From a virus (Duplodnaviria; Caudoviricetes), in IMG/VR virus record IMGVR_UViG_3300003375_000057, positions 1-39,969 of that record: a stretch of 39,969 nucleotides of DNA, one strand, 5' to 3'. The first letter of the stretch is position 1; every line of letters starts with the position of its first letter. Both the position numbers and the translations under genes were made by a program. A model generated the notes under the pieces. That model was not told the DNA's origin. It ran no database searches and saw nothing but the letters and a program-made list of their open reading frames with translations. Positions 27,258 through 36,145 of this stretch are shown in pieces.

Positions 27258-29474
27258 ATGCCATATTCTATTCCGTTTACTGATACAACAAATCCAAATA
27301 AAGTACCTATCACAGTCGCTGATGGAACAATCGATAACTCTACAAGTTTAAAATTCGTTGGGCAAGCATATCCAAACTATGCAGAACCCTTGGCAGAAGA
27401 TCTTTTACATTTATTAGAAAATTTTGCAGCACCCACTAGCCCAATTAATCCTGTTCAAGGCCAATTATGGTATGACACAAGTACAAATATTTTAAAAGTA
27501 TATGACAGTACAAACTGGACAACAGCTGGCAGTTTGAAAAAAAGCGGAACTGCTCCTGCTGTAGCAAATAGTATAGCTGGTGATTTGTGGGCTAATACAG
27601 TAACAAATCAATTATATCTGTTTACGGGTAGTAACTGGACATTAGTTGGTCCGCAATATAGTTCAGGAACACAAACAGGTCCAATAGTCGAAGCAATTGT
27701 TGATACAAATAACATTACTCATAATGTTATATCTATGTATGCTAACAATTCTAGAATAGCTATAATTAGTAAAGAAAAATTTATACCTAAATCTTTTACT
27801 GTGGGATTTAGTATTGTGTATGAAGGCATTAATTTAAGTTCTGTTGATGCTACATACAATTCAACTTCAAATCCGTTTCCTACTAGACTTTATGGAACTG
27901 CAAGTTCAGCAGATAATTTATTAGTTAATAATACAGCTATTAGTGCTAGTAACTTTTTGCGATCTGATACAGCTAGTACAACTAATTATACCTTTAATAT
28001 TAGAGCAGACAGTGGATTGAATATCGGATCAAATTTAGGCCTAACCCTTGGAGTTGTCAATGGGTCACCAGCCTTGTATTCTTCTAATAGCGGAAGTAGC
28101 CTAAGTCTTAAATTGACAAATACTAGTGGAGTATTGAACACAATAGCATTTTTAGATCCACGGGGTCGGGTAGGAATTGGTACAAACAATGTATCTCCTC
28201 AATCTGAATTAGATGTTTCTGGTACAATTACTGCATTAACTGGTATTAATGTTAATGGAACAACCGATGCTTCGTATACCTCAGGCACTCTTTTTACAAC
28301 AGCTACTGGAAGTATTGTTACTCAAGGAGGCCTGGCAGTAGGCAAAAAATCAGTGTTTGCTGATGATGTAACAAGTTATGGACAATATTTTTTAAATTAT
28401 TTAGATGAAAATTTTAATCCTAGTGCTGCTGCGGTAATATTACCAAACTATTCCTTAGACAGTACTGAATCTTCAACATTAGGAATACCTTTAGTCACTA
28501 ATGGATTGTATGATATCGGAACAAGTACTCGACCTTTTAGAAATATATATGGAACTAATTTTTCAGGAAATTTTTCAGGAACATTCACAGGTATTTTAGA
28601 AGGTAGTGCAAGCGGGTCGGCTGCATCGTTGACAAGTCCCACAGTATTCAGTATTACAGGAGATGTCACTAGTAATGCTGTTAGTTTCAATGGACAATCT
28701 AGTACTGGAACAGCTATTTTTACTACTAGCATTAGTTCAAATTTTATTACGCTCAAACCATCTGCAACTGATTCCACATCATCCGATCAATTATTGGTAT
28801 ATCAATCAGGTTCAGGTCTAGTAAGCATGACAAAACAAGTATTTACTAACCATATTGCGGTAGTACCAGTTGGCGCAATATTTCCTTTTGCTGGAATAAA
28901 TGTTCCAACTGGATATTTGTTATGTGATGGATCTGAAATATTAATTGGCACTTATACTGAATTGTTTAATGTTATTGGTTATTCATATAAACCAGTAGGA
29001 TCTTTGCAAGGTGTTGGCACATTTGGATTGCCTGATCTAAGAGGGAGATTCCCTCTAGGAGCAGATAATATGAATAATAACCTAACAGTTCCTACAAGCA
29101 GCGGAGCTTTAGTAAGTACAACACAAGATTTAAATGGCAATCCTAGTACAGCGGCACATCGTGTGAATGATGTATCGGCTGATATAATAGGAGGCGGTAA
29201 TACTTCTGCCACAGGTTCAGTGGTGCTGTTGTCTCAAAATTTGCCAGCTCATACACATAATTTGCAAAGTGCTCAAGGAACACAATATTATGTAGTTAGT
29301 CCTCCAGGAAGCGCTATTGATGGACAAGCCATTGACGGTTATGGAATCTCTGAAGGTAGTACAGGATCAGGATTTCCAAATAGTGGACCAGTCACTGGGG
29401 CTACTGGGGTAGCTATTAATGTAATGAATCCTTATCAAACTATAAATTACATAATTTTTACTGGTAACATATAA
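27258..29474 (+). CDS. Tail fibre-like protein with C-terminal phage tail collar domain
   Basis: VPVGAIFPFAG..PTGYLLCDG...Y.ELFNVIG...FGLPDLRGRFPLG, LPAHTH and terminal PYQTINYII (collar / gp12-like tip). N-terminal LLENFA...P..GQLWYD module; TAAGGAG RBS. Confidence 0.85.
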   Translation: MPYSIPFTDTTNPNKVPITVADGTIDNSTSLKFVGQAYPNYAEPLAEDLLHLLENFAAPTSPINPVQGQLWYDTSTNILKVYDSTNWTTAGSLKKSGTAPAVANSIAGDLWANTVTNQLYLFTGSNWTLVGPQYSSGTQTGPIVEAIVDTNNITHNVISMYANNSRIAIISKEKFIPKSFTVGFSIVYEGINLSSVDATYNSTSNPFPTRLYGTASSADNLLVNNTAISASNFLRSDTASTTNYTFNIRADSGLNIGSNLGLTLGVVNGSPALYSSNSGSSLSLKLTNTSGVLNTIAFLDPRGRVGIGTNNVSPQSELDVSGTITALTGINVNGTTDASYTSGTLFTTATGSIVTQGGLAVGKKSVFADDVTSYGQYFLNYLDENFNPSAAAVILPNYSLDSTESSTLGIPLVTNGLYDIGTSTRPFRNIYGTNFSGNFSGTFTGILEGSASGSAASLTSPTVFSITGDVTSNAVSFNGQSSTGTAIFTTSISSNFITLKPSATDSTSSDQLLVYQSGSGLVSMTKQVFTNHIAVVPVGAIFPFAGINVPTGYLLCDGSEILIGTYTELFNVIGYSYKPVGSLQGVGTFGLPDLRGRFPLGADNMNNNLTVPTSSGALVSTTQDLNGNPSTAAHRVNDVSADIIGGGNTSATGSVVLLSQNLPAHTHNLQSAQGTQYYVVSPPGSAIDGQAIDGYGISEGSTGSGFPNSGPVTGATGVAINVMNPYQTINYIIFTGNI

Positions 29475-31372
29475 TGAGTTATACTATTACACTTACTGAT
29501 GGAACTACTTTAACAACGGTTAATGACGGATCAATCGATCAGACATCAACAGATCTTACATTAATTGGAAAAAATTCCACTAACTATGGAGCTTTTTTAA
29601 ATGATAACTTTGTTCGTATTTTAGAAAATTTTGCAAATACGAGCCAACCAAATTATCCTATAATTGGACAATTATGGTACGACACTAGTGAAAATATACT
29701 CAAGGTATACAATGGTAGTAGTTTTACTACAACTAGTGGAACCATAGTATCATCAACAGTGCCTAGTAGTATCGGGTCTGGCGATCTTTGGATAAACAAT
29801 TCTACAGGACAGCTTTACTTCAATGATGGACTAGATACTATATTGGCAGGCCCGTTGTATACTAGTCAACAAGGAGTTAGTGGATTTAATGTTGAAAGTA
29901 TTATAGACACAGCTGGAGTTAACCATACAGTAGTTGTTTTATATGTAGCAAGAACTGTTATTGGTATTTTTAGTAAGGATACTTTTACTCCAGCATCGTC
30001 TATTCCGGGATTCACTAGTTCAGCTCAATTTACGGCTAGTCAAACTTTAAATGTACTAACTGTAACAGCTATTGCAAGCGGAAGTTTAAATGTCGGACAA
30101 ACCATTTCAGGTATTGGAGTGACTCCGGGTACAATTATTACAGGTCAACTTACAGGCCTTACTGGTAGTACAGGTACTTATACAGTAAGCAATTCTGCAA
30201 CAGTTTTATCCACGACTATAACAGCTAGCAGTAGTAAAATAAACATAGGATTTAACGTGGGTAGTTATCCTGGGATAGTGTTCGATACAGTAGTTTCTCA
30301 AGCACAATCTCTAGTAGCGTCCGATGGCAGTTTAAAAACAGCATCCAATTTTTTATCATCTGTAGAAAATTCTACAACTTCCGGACAAATTAATATACAA
30401 AATAATAATCCTTTAATTTTAGGTACTGGATCTAATATTGCTTTTAACATTAATTCATCTAGTAATATTTTTCAAATTAATTCCAATACTTCAAATTTAA
30501 ATTTTAGCATTAATTTAGATAGTAACGGTTCGTTAGTTCCGAGTTTGTTCATAAATGCACAAAATCAATATTTAGGAATTAACACATCTAGTCCCGGCGC
30601 CACATTAGATGTAAATGGTAATACAATTATACGAGGCAATTTAACCGTACAAGGTAGTACTGATACTATAAACAGTACAACAGTTAATATAGCTGATAAA
30701 AATATTAATTTAGGTACAACATCAGTGCCTACTGATACAACAGCCAGCGGTGGGGGTATTACACTTTTAGGTACAACTAACAAGTTTATTGATTGGTTAT
30801 CAACAGCTAGTTCTAGTACTTCGACAAATTCAGGATATTGGAACATATCAGATTTTATTAATCTATGCAGTTCTAATGCTAGTGTAGGTTATTACATTAA
30901 TGGAACCAGTGTATTAAGCAGTACTTCTTTAGGATCTGTAATAACATCAGCTCCAGGTTTAACTAGTATTGGTGCATTGACTTCATTACAAGCAGCATAT
31001 TTAAATACTGCAAACAGTACAATTTCTTATGTAAATTCATCTTCAGGAAGTGGAACAATATATCTATTGCCAAAAGGAACCGGAACAGTAGATGTCAGTA
31101 GCAGTCGAATTACTCATGTTGCAACTCCTACAGGCGACACCGATGGCGCCAACAAAACTTATGTAGATACGGCAGTTTCTAGTATAAATCTAGGTCTAAG
31201 CCTAGTAACTACAGGGTTAACCACAGATCAAATCGCTGCAAACTTGTTGAATAAGATATTTCCAGTATTGGAGCATCAAAATAACACCTATCTTAGAGTC
31301 CAATGCAGCGATAGTACTATAAAACAATACCAATTAATAAGCGGAGTATGGACTTATCAAACTAATTTATAA
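29474..31372 (+). CDS. Tail fibre/baseplate protein, paralogue sharing the LENFA-GQLWYD N-terminal module
   Basis: N-terminus aligns by eye with both neighbours; GINTSSP.ATLDVNG, GNLTVQG..TINSTT..IADK and TP..DTDGANKTYVD are fibre-shaft motifs. Confidence 0.75.
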   Translation: MSYTITLTDGTTLTTVNDGSIDQTSTDLTLIGKNSTNYGAFLNDNFVRILENFANTSQPNYPIIGQLWYDTSENILKVYNGSSFTTTSGTIVSSTVPSSIGSGDLWINNSTGQLYFNDGLDTILAGPLYTSQQGVSGFNVESIIDTAGVNHTVVVLYVARTVIGIFSKDTFTPASSIPGFTSSAQFTASQTLNVLTVTAIASGSLNVGQTISGIGVTPGTIITGQLTGLTGSTGTYTVSNSATVLSTTITASSSKINIGFNVGSYPGIVFDTVVSQAQSLVASDGSLKTASNFLSSVENSTTSGQINIQNNNPLILGTGSNIAFNINSSSNIFQINSNTSNLNFSINLDSNGSLVPSLFINAQNQYLGINTSSPGATLDVNGNTIIRGNLTVQGSTDTINSTTVNIADKNINLGTTSVPTDTTASGGGITLLGTTNKFIDWLSTASSSTSTNSGYWNISDFINLCSSNASVGYYINGTSVLSSTSLGSVITSAPGLTSIGALTSLQAAYLNTANSTISYVNSSSGSGTIYLLPKGTGTVDVSSSRITHVATPTGDTDGANKTYVDTAVSSINLGLSLVTTGLTTDQIAANLLNKIFPVLEHQNNTYLRVQCSDSTIKQYQLISGVWTYQTNL

Positions 31373-31390
31373 GTTAAAATAGCATAAATA
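31359..31390 (+). promoter_or_regulatory. Late promoter (CATAAATA) with upstream AAACTA element
   Basis: AAACTA 31359-31364 and CATAAATA 31383-31390, followed by TAAGGA before the ATG at 31413. Confidence 0.65.
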
Positions 31391-31412
31391 CTAGGAATAA
31401 GGAACGAGCGAG

Positions 31413-32918
31413 ATGTCATATACGATTAATCACTACAATGGTACACTATTAACTACAGTTGCAGACGGTACTGTTGATACGTCTACAGACCTTACCTTAA
31501 TTGGTAAGAATTACGCTGGATACGGGCAGTCACAAAACGATAATTTTGTATGGCTATTAGAAAATTTTGCAAATACAACGCAACCCCCGAATCCTTTAAA
31601 AGGACAAATTTGGTTTGATAGCGGTACAAGCAAGTTAAAATTCTGGGACGGTAGTAGTTTCCGAACAACCGGTGGAGCCGAAATAGGTGCATCTCAGCCT
31701 AGCGGACTTACTCAAGGTGATTTTTGGTTCAATACTAGCACTAATCAATTATTTGCATACACAGGATCGACTTTTCAGTTGATTGGACCGCAAGGAGTTG
31801 CTGGACAAGGCATTACACAGATGCAATCTATCAGTGTTACTGATCTTGAAAATGGAGCAACGCATGCAATTATCCAAGCGGTTGATAACGGCCAGACAAT
31901 TTTTATTATCAGTGCAGACAGTGCGTTTACTTTAGATCCTAGTATTAATGCTATTACTGGATTTGATAAAATACATCAAGGTGTAACATTAGCTTATACA
32001 AAAAATGCTGACAACGGAGTAACAGAAAATTCTGTTAATTATAGATTTTGGGGCACAGCTACTAATTCTGATAGACTCGGTGGACAATTAGCATCTAACT
32101 ACTTATTAGCTTCAAATCCTACATTTAGCGGAACACCAAATTTTGCTGATACAGGATATACAGTTGGTAGCCCAGTAAAATTACAAGTCTTTAACGATCC
32201 TGTAACAGCGTATCCTACATTTTATAATTCTTATAATGATACTGTTATATTTAAAACCACAGTAGCTTCGCAATCAAAATATCCTTTAACATTAAAAGGT
32301 ACTGATGTTTTACCAGGAGTTACTTTAACAAGTAATTTAGGTAACAGCAGTTATGTTTGGAATAATGTTTACGCAACCAATTTTGTTGGTACAGCGACTA
32401 ATGCAAATTATGTGAATCTAGGTGGTACTTATGTTAGTGCAACTACAGCTAGTTCTGCAACAACTATAGCAGCTAGGGATAGTAATTCTAACATTTATGC
32501 TAATACCTTTTATGGAACAGCTACTAGTGCGCAATATGCTGACTTGGCAGAAAAATATTTACCATCTCCCGAGTGCGGAGAATTTAGCCCAGGTACTGTT
32601 GTTACTATAGGAGGTTCAGCAGAAATTCGTCCAGCAGGGTACGGTGATAAAGCTATTGGAGCAATTAGTACCAATCCAGCATTTAAGATGAACGAAGGAT
32701 TAGCCGGTGGTGTATTTGTAGCTTTGAAAGGTCGAGTTCCTGTTAAAATTATAGGAGGTTGTAGTCAAGGTGACATGATAGCTCCTTACGGAAGCGGACA
32801 AGCGGCCAGTATGAATGTAATGTTTGGCAATGGTGATACAGCACCAATTTGCTTTGCCATGGCTCTTGAAAATTGTACTAATTCTACTGAAACTCTTGTA
32901 GAGTGTGTAATACTATAA
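31413..32918 (+). CDS. Tail fibre-like protein with C-terminal peptidase G2-like/intramolecular chaperone domain
   Basis: Same N-terminal module as the two upstream genes; C-terminal YADLAEKY...PGTVV.IGG..EI...IGAISTNPAF.MN...VALKGRVPVK. Confidence 0.75.
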   Translation: MSYTINHYNGTLLTTVADGTVDTSTDLTLIGKNYAGYGQSQNDNFVWLLENFANTTQPPNPLKGQIWFDSGTSKLKFWDGSSFRTTGGAEIGASQPSGLTQGDFWFNTSTNQLFAYTGSTFQLIGPQGVAGQGITQMQSISVTDLENGATHAIIQAVDNGQTIFIISADSAFTLDPSINAITGFDKIHQGVTLAYTKNADNGVTENSVNYRFWGTATNSDRLGGQLASNYLLASNPTFSGTPNFADTGYTVGSPVKLQVFNDPVTAYPTFYNSYNDTVIFKTTVASQSKYPLTLKGTDVLPGVTLTSNLGNSSYVWNNVYATNFVGTATNANYVNLGGTYVSATTASSATTIAARDSNSNIYANTFYGTATSAQYADLAEKYLPSPECGEFSPGTVVTIGGSAEIRPAGYGDKAIGAISTNPAFKMNEGLAGGVFVALKGRVPVKIIGGCSQGDMIAPYGSGQAASMNVMFGNGDTAPICFAMALENCTNSTETLVECVIL

Positions 32919-32924
32919 TAAATA
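32917..32924 (+). promoter_or_regulatory. Late promoter core (AATAAATA)
   Basis: Lies 20 nt upstream of the ATG at 32945; same core as the other four sites. Confidence 0.6.
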
Positions 32925-32944
32925 AAGTTCATTAAAGGTTACCA

Positions 32945-33886
32945 ATGGCAAGTCAAGGTTCGAAAATTTATGCAAATGACTACAACATAATACAATCTGC
33001 AATTGCTACTGTATTAGGTACAGGGTCGGGTTCGTTTGGATACGGCCAGACTATATATAGTACACAAATTATTGGTACTCCAAATATTACTGCTACACAA
33101 TGGTTAAATCTTAGACGCGATCTAATTTCAGCATATACACATCAAAATTCTCCAGGCAGTTTAAGTATTCCTTCATCGCCAGTAGTAAGGCAAGAAGTTA
33201 CTTATTCTGATTATGCAAAATATCTAGCCATCAGTAATGCCTGCACTGCGAATGCGTTAGTTACACCTCCTGCCGGGCAAGCATCTACTGCAACTTTTTC
33301 AACTGGATCTAGAACTACAGTTTGGAACGGATCAGTGTCCCATACTGTAGTTTTAACTTTTACAAATTCTGCACAAGCTAGATATTATTTCAATGCCGGT
33401 GGAACTGTAACATTTCAAGCAAGTTTAATTGATTATCCAGGCTTTCCAGGCTACGGAAGTGCAGATACTAGTTATTCAAAAAATAGTGATTGGAACACAT
33501 TGCTGACTAATTTAGGAGTTATAACTTTTAATTATGGTCACACTATTTCTAGTAATCCAGGTGGATCTAATCAGACAATTTTGAGTAATGTGGGTTATTA
33601 TCAATTAACAACTAGTCAACAGAACATTTACAGAAAAATAACTTCAAGTTCGACATATACGCCGAATCAGTATGATATATACGCTCAAATAGATAGCACT
33701 GGTTCGGTTTTGACATTTACAATTCAATTCCAAGATTTATCAACAGCACATCCAGGAAATCCTTATTCTAATGATTGGAATGTAGAAGGTACATTAACTA
33801 GTCTTGTACAAGGATATTATGCTACAGGATCTTATGTAAGTGTTACTCCTCCATCTGTGAATAATGCCAATCCTATAATTTCCTAA
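32945..33886 (+). CDS. Virion structural protein, tandem paralogue 1
   Basis: KI.A.DYN, GSG.FGYGQ, ITATQW.NLR.DL and ARYYFNAGG motifs; late promoter upstream; colinear with the next gene. Confidence 0.7.
   Translation: MASQGSKIYANDYNIIQSAIATVLGTGSGSFGYGQTIYSTQIIGTPNITATQWLNLRRDLISAYTHQNSPGSLSIPSSPVVRQEVTYSDYAKYLAISNACTANALVTPPAGQASTATFSTGSRTTVWNGSVSHTVVLTFTNSAQARYYFNAGGTVTFQASLIDYPGFPGYGSADTSYSKNSDWNTLLTNLGVITFNYGHTISSNPGGSNQTILSNVGYYQLTTSQQNIYRKITSSSTYTPNQYDIYAQIDSTGSVLTFTIQFQDLSTAHPGNPYSNDWNVEGTLTSLVQGYYATGSYVSVTPPSVNNANPIIS
33549..33621 (+). repeat. 73-bp perfect direct repeat, copy 1
   Basis: CTAGTAATCCAGGTGGATC...ACTAGTCAACA is identical to 34502-34574. Confidence 0.92.
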
Positions 33887-33897
33887 TAAGGTCAATA

Positions 33898-34833
33898 ATG
33901 GCAAGTGTCGGATCAAAAATATTAGCATCGGATTACAATGCAGTACAGACAGCAATTGCCAATGTTCTTGGTACAGGCTCGGGTACATTTGGTTACGGAC
34001 AATCACTAAGTAGCAGCTCTATTAGTGGCAATCCTAAAATTACAGCAACACAATGGAATAATTTACGTAGTGATTTAGTTGCTGCTTACACACATCAAAA
34101 TTCCCCAGGCAGTTTAAGTATTCCTTCGGTGGTTCCTGTCGGCGGATCTATAAATTATTCAGATTATATTAAATATCAAGCTCTTAGTTCTGCATGTACA
34201 ACAAATGCAAACGCTGTGCCTACAAGTAGTAATGCATCTTATGTTGTACTTTCTACAGGCACAAACACCACGCCTTGGAATAGTAGTAAAACTCATACCG
34301 TTACTTTAACATTTTCAAGTCAAAATTCTGCCAGATATTATTTTAATGCTGGGGGATATATTACATTTAGTGCAAGTTTGATAAATTATCCAGGTTATCC
34401 AGGATTCGGATCACCGGATGGTAGCTATTCAAAAAACAGCGATTGGAATACATTGTTAAATGGAGTAGGTACTATAACATTCAATTATAATTATACTACT
34501 ACTAGTAATCCAGGTGGATCTAATCAGACAATTTTGAGTAATGTGGGTTATTATCAATTAACAACTAGTCAACAAAATATCTATAGTAAAATAACTACCA
34601 GCTCTACTTACACACCAAATCAATATGACATTTATGCTAGTGTAAATGGCGGTGGAAATGTCATTACATTTAGCATACAGTTTAAGGATCTTTCGACTTC
34701 ATCAGGACACGATCCATCTTATGCAATTGATGAATATATAGAAGGCACATTAACAAGTTTAGTACAGGGTTATTACGCATCTGGAACTTATGTATCAGTA
34801 ACTCCTCCCACAGTTTCCTACACTTTTGTTTGA
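33898..34833 (+). CDS. Virion structural protein, tandem paralogue 2
   Basis: Full-length colinear similarity to 32945-33886; TAAGG RBS. Confidence 0.7.
   Translation: MASVGSKILASDYNAVQTAIANVLGTGSGTFGYGQSLSSSSISGNPKITATQWNNLRSDLVAAYTHQNSPGSLSIPSVVPVGGSINYSDYIKYQALSSACTTNANAVPTSSNASYVVLSTGTNTTPWNSSKTHTVTLTFSSQNSARYYFNAGGYITFSASLINYPGYPGFGSPDGSYSKNSDWNTLLNGVGTITFNYNYTTTSNPGGSNQTILSNVGYYQLTTSQQNIYSKITTSSTYTPNQYDIYASVNGGGNVITFSIQFKDLSTSSGHDPSYAIDEYIEGTLTSLVQGYYASGTYVSVTPPTVSYTFV
34502..34574 (+). repeat. 73-bp perfect direct repeat, copy 2
   Basis: Identical to 33549-33621. Confidence 0.92.
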
Positions 34834-34894
34834 TATAAACAAAGCGATTTATTCATTATTCTGATATAACTCAGAAAATATTTAAAGAATTCCC

Positions 34895-34923
34895 TTGACA
34901 AGATAATTAAAGTAGTGTATTAT
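34895..34923 (+). promoter_or_regulatory. sigma70-type promoter (TTGACA-N17-TATTAT)
   Basis: TTGACA 34895-34900 and TATTAT 34918-34923, then a GGAG RBS and the ATG at 34944. GATAATTA (late-like variant) lies in the spacer. Confidence 0.7.
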
Positions 34924-34943
34924 CAACATTACGGAGTTTATCT

Positions 34944-35294
34944 ATGGATGAGAGAATTGAAAAAGCGTTTGGAGTAGCCAACTTTATGGCTACACTATCA
35001 AATCAAAAACGCATAATCTTAGAAGAATACAATCAACAGTTAATACACTATGTTGATGGTGCAACATTTAAAGTTGGTCCAGAACTTATAAGTTTTATTA
35101 AAACACTGGTTGATTTAAAAAATACAAAAAATATAGTACTTGTAGATGATAATAATCTTCCTGTTCTAATAACAGATTTAAAAATATTTTTAAAAGACAT
35201 AGTAGAAGTATACAATACAGCAACTGCTGAATACGCTGATCGTTATAATGAAATTAAAATAAAAAGAAAAGTTGTGGATATTGTTAATCTATGA
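34944..35294 (+). CDS. Hypothetical protein (116 aa)
   Basis: GGAG RBS; ATGA overlap with the next gene; no motif recognised. Confidence 0.75.
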   Translation: MDERIEKAFGVANFMATLSNQKRIILEEYNQQLIHYVDGATFKVGPELISFIKTLVDLKNTKNIVLVDDNNLPVLITDLKIFLKDIVEVYNTATAEYADRYNEIKIKRKVVDIVNL

Positions 35295-36145
35295 GTAGTG
35301 CTAAAGGTATTGTAATTTTTGCTCAAAATAATCCTCAAGTTGATTATGTTAAGTTAGCTATATTTGCCGCTAGACAAGCGCAACGACATTTAAATTTGCC
35401 TGTGAGCTTGATTACAGATAGTAAAGGTTGGTTAGAACGCAGTCATACTGATCATCCTTTTGATCAAATAATTGAAATTGAATATAATCCGTTAGTGCAA
35501 AAACGCAGATTTAACGATGGCGCTCTTAGTGGCAAAGATTTAGAATGGAGAAATTATGCTAGAAATCAAGCATATGATCTTAGTCCGTACTATCGCACTT
35601 TAGTAATTGATAGTGATTACATTATCAATAGCACAATGCTTGCTCAGGCATTTAAGAAAGACAATGATTTGCAAATCTATTCATCTAGCATGGATTTGGC
35701 TGGTTGGCGAAATACTGATGAGTTTAAAAGAATTAATCCTTATAGTGTCAAATTTTATTGGGCAACAGCTTTTTTATTTGAAAAAACTCCTTTAATGCAA
35801 AGTTTTTTTGATATAGTTGCTTATATAAAACTTAATTGGAATTATTTTAGAGTATTGTATGGTATTGATACTAGTTTATATAGGAATGATTATGCTTTTA
35901 GTATTGCAATTAATATTATGAACGGTAAAACAAACGGATCATTTGCGGTAGAATTGCCAGGCAATATGATTTATACAAAAGATACTGATATACTTGTTAG
36001 TGTAAAAGATGATGTACTTTCTTTTTTATTAGAAAAGAAAGACTTTCCAGGAGAATATATAGCCGCTAAAACTAAAGGTTTAGATATACATGTTATGAAT
36101 AAATTTAGTTTAGGTAGGTTCATCGATGGAGGTTCTGGTGTCTAA
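35291..36145 (+). CDS. Putative glycosyltransferase (GT-A fold, GT8/mannosyltransferase-like)
   Basis: KGIVIFA, Y...A...A, VSLITD, FDQII and YDLSPYYRTLVIDSDY (DxD after a hydrophobic strand); RNDYAFSIA. Confidence 0.65.
   Translation: MSSAKGIVIFAQNNPQVDYVKLAIFAARQAQRHLNLPVSLITDSKGWLERSHTDHPFDQIIEIEYNPLVQKRRFNDGALSGKDLEWRNYARNQAYDLSPYYRTLVIDSDYIINSTMLAQAFKKDNDLQIYSSSMDLAGWRNTDEFKRINPYSVKFYWATAFLFEKTPLMQSFFDIVAYIKLNWNYFRVLYGIDTSLYRNDYAFSIAINIMNGKTNGSFAVELPGNMIYTKDTDILVSVKDDVLSFLLEKKDFPGEYIAAKTKGLDIHVMNKFSLGRFIDGGSGV

Noticed and set aside
33549-34574. DGR template/variable repeat pair
   Set aside because: The copies are identical rather than differing at adenines, both lie mid-gene in paralogues, and no reverse transcriptase is in the window.
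34859-34876. Hairpin TTCTGA-N6-TCAGAA as a terminator after the structural module
   Set aside because: Only a 6-bp AT-rich stem without a U-tract; too weak to call.
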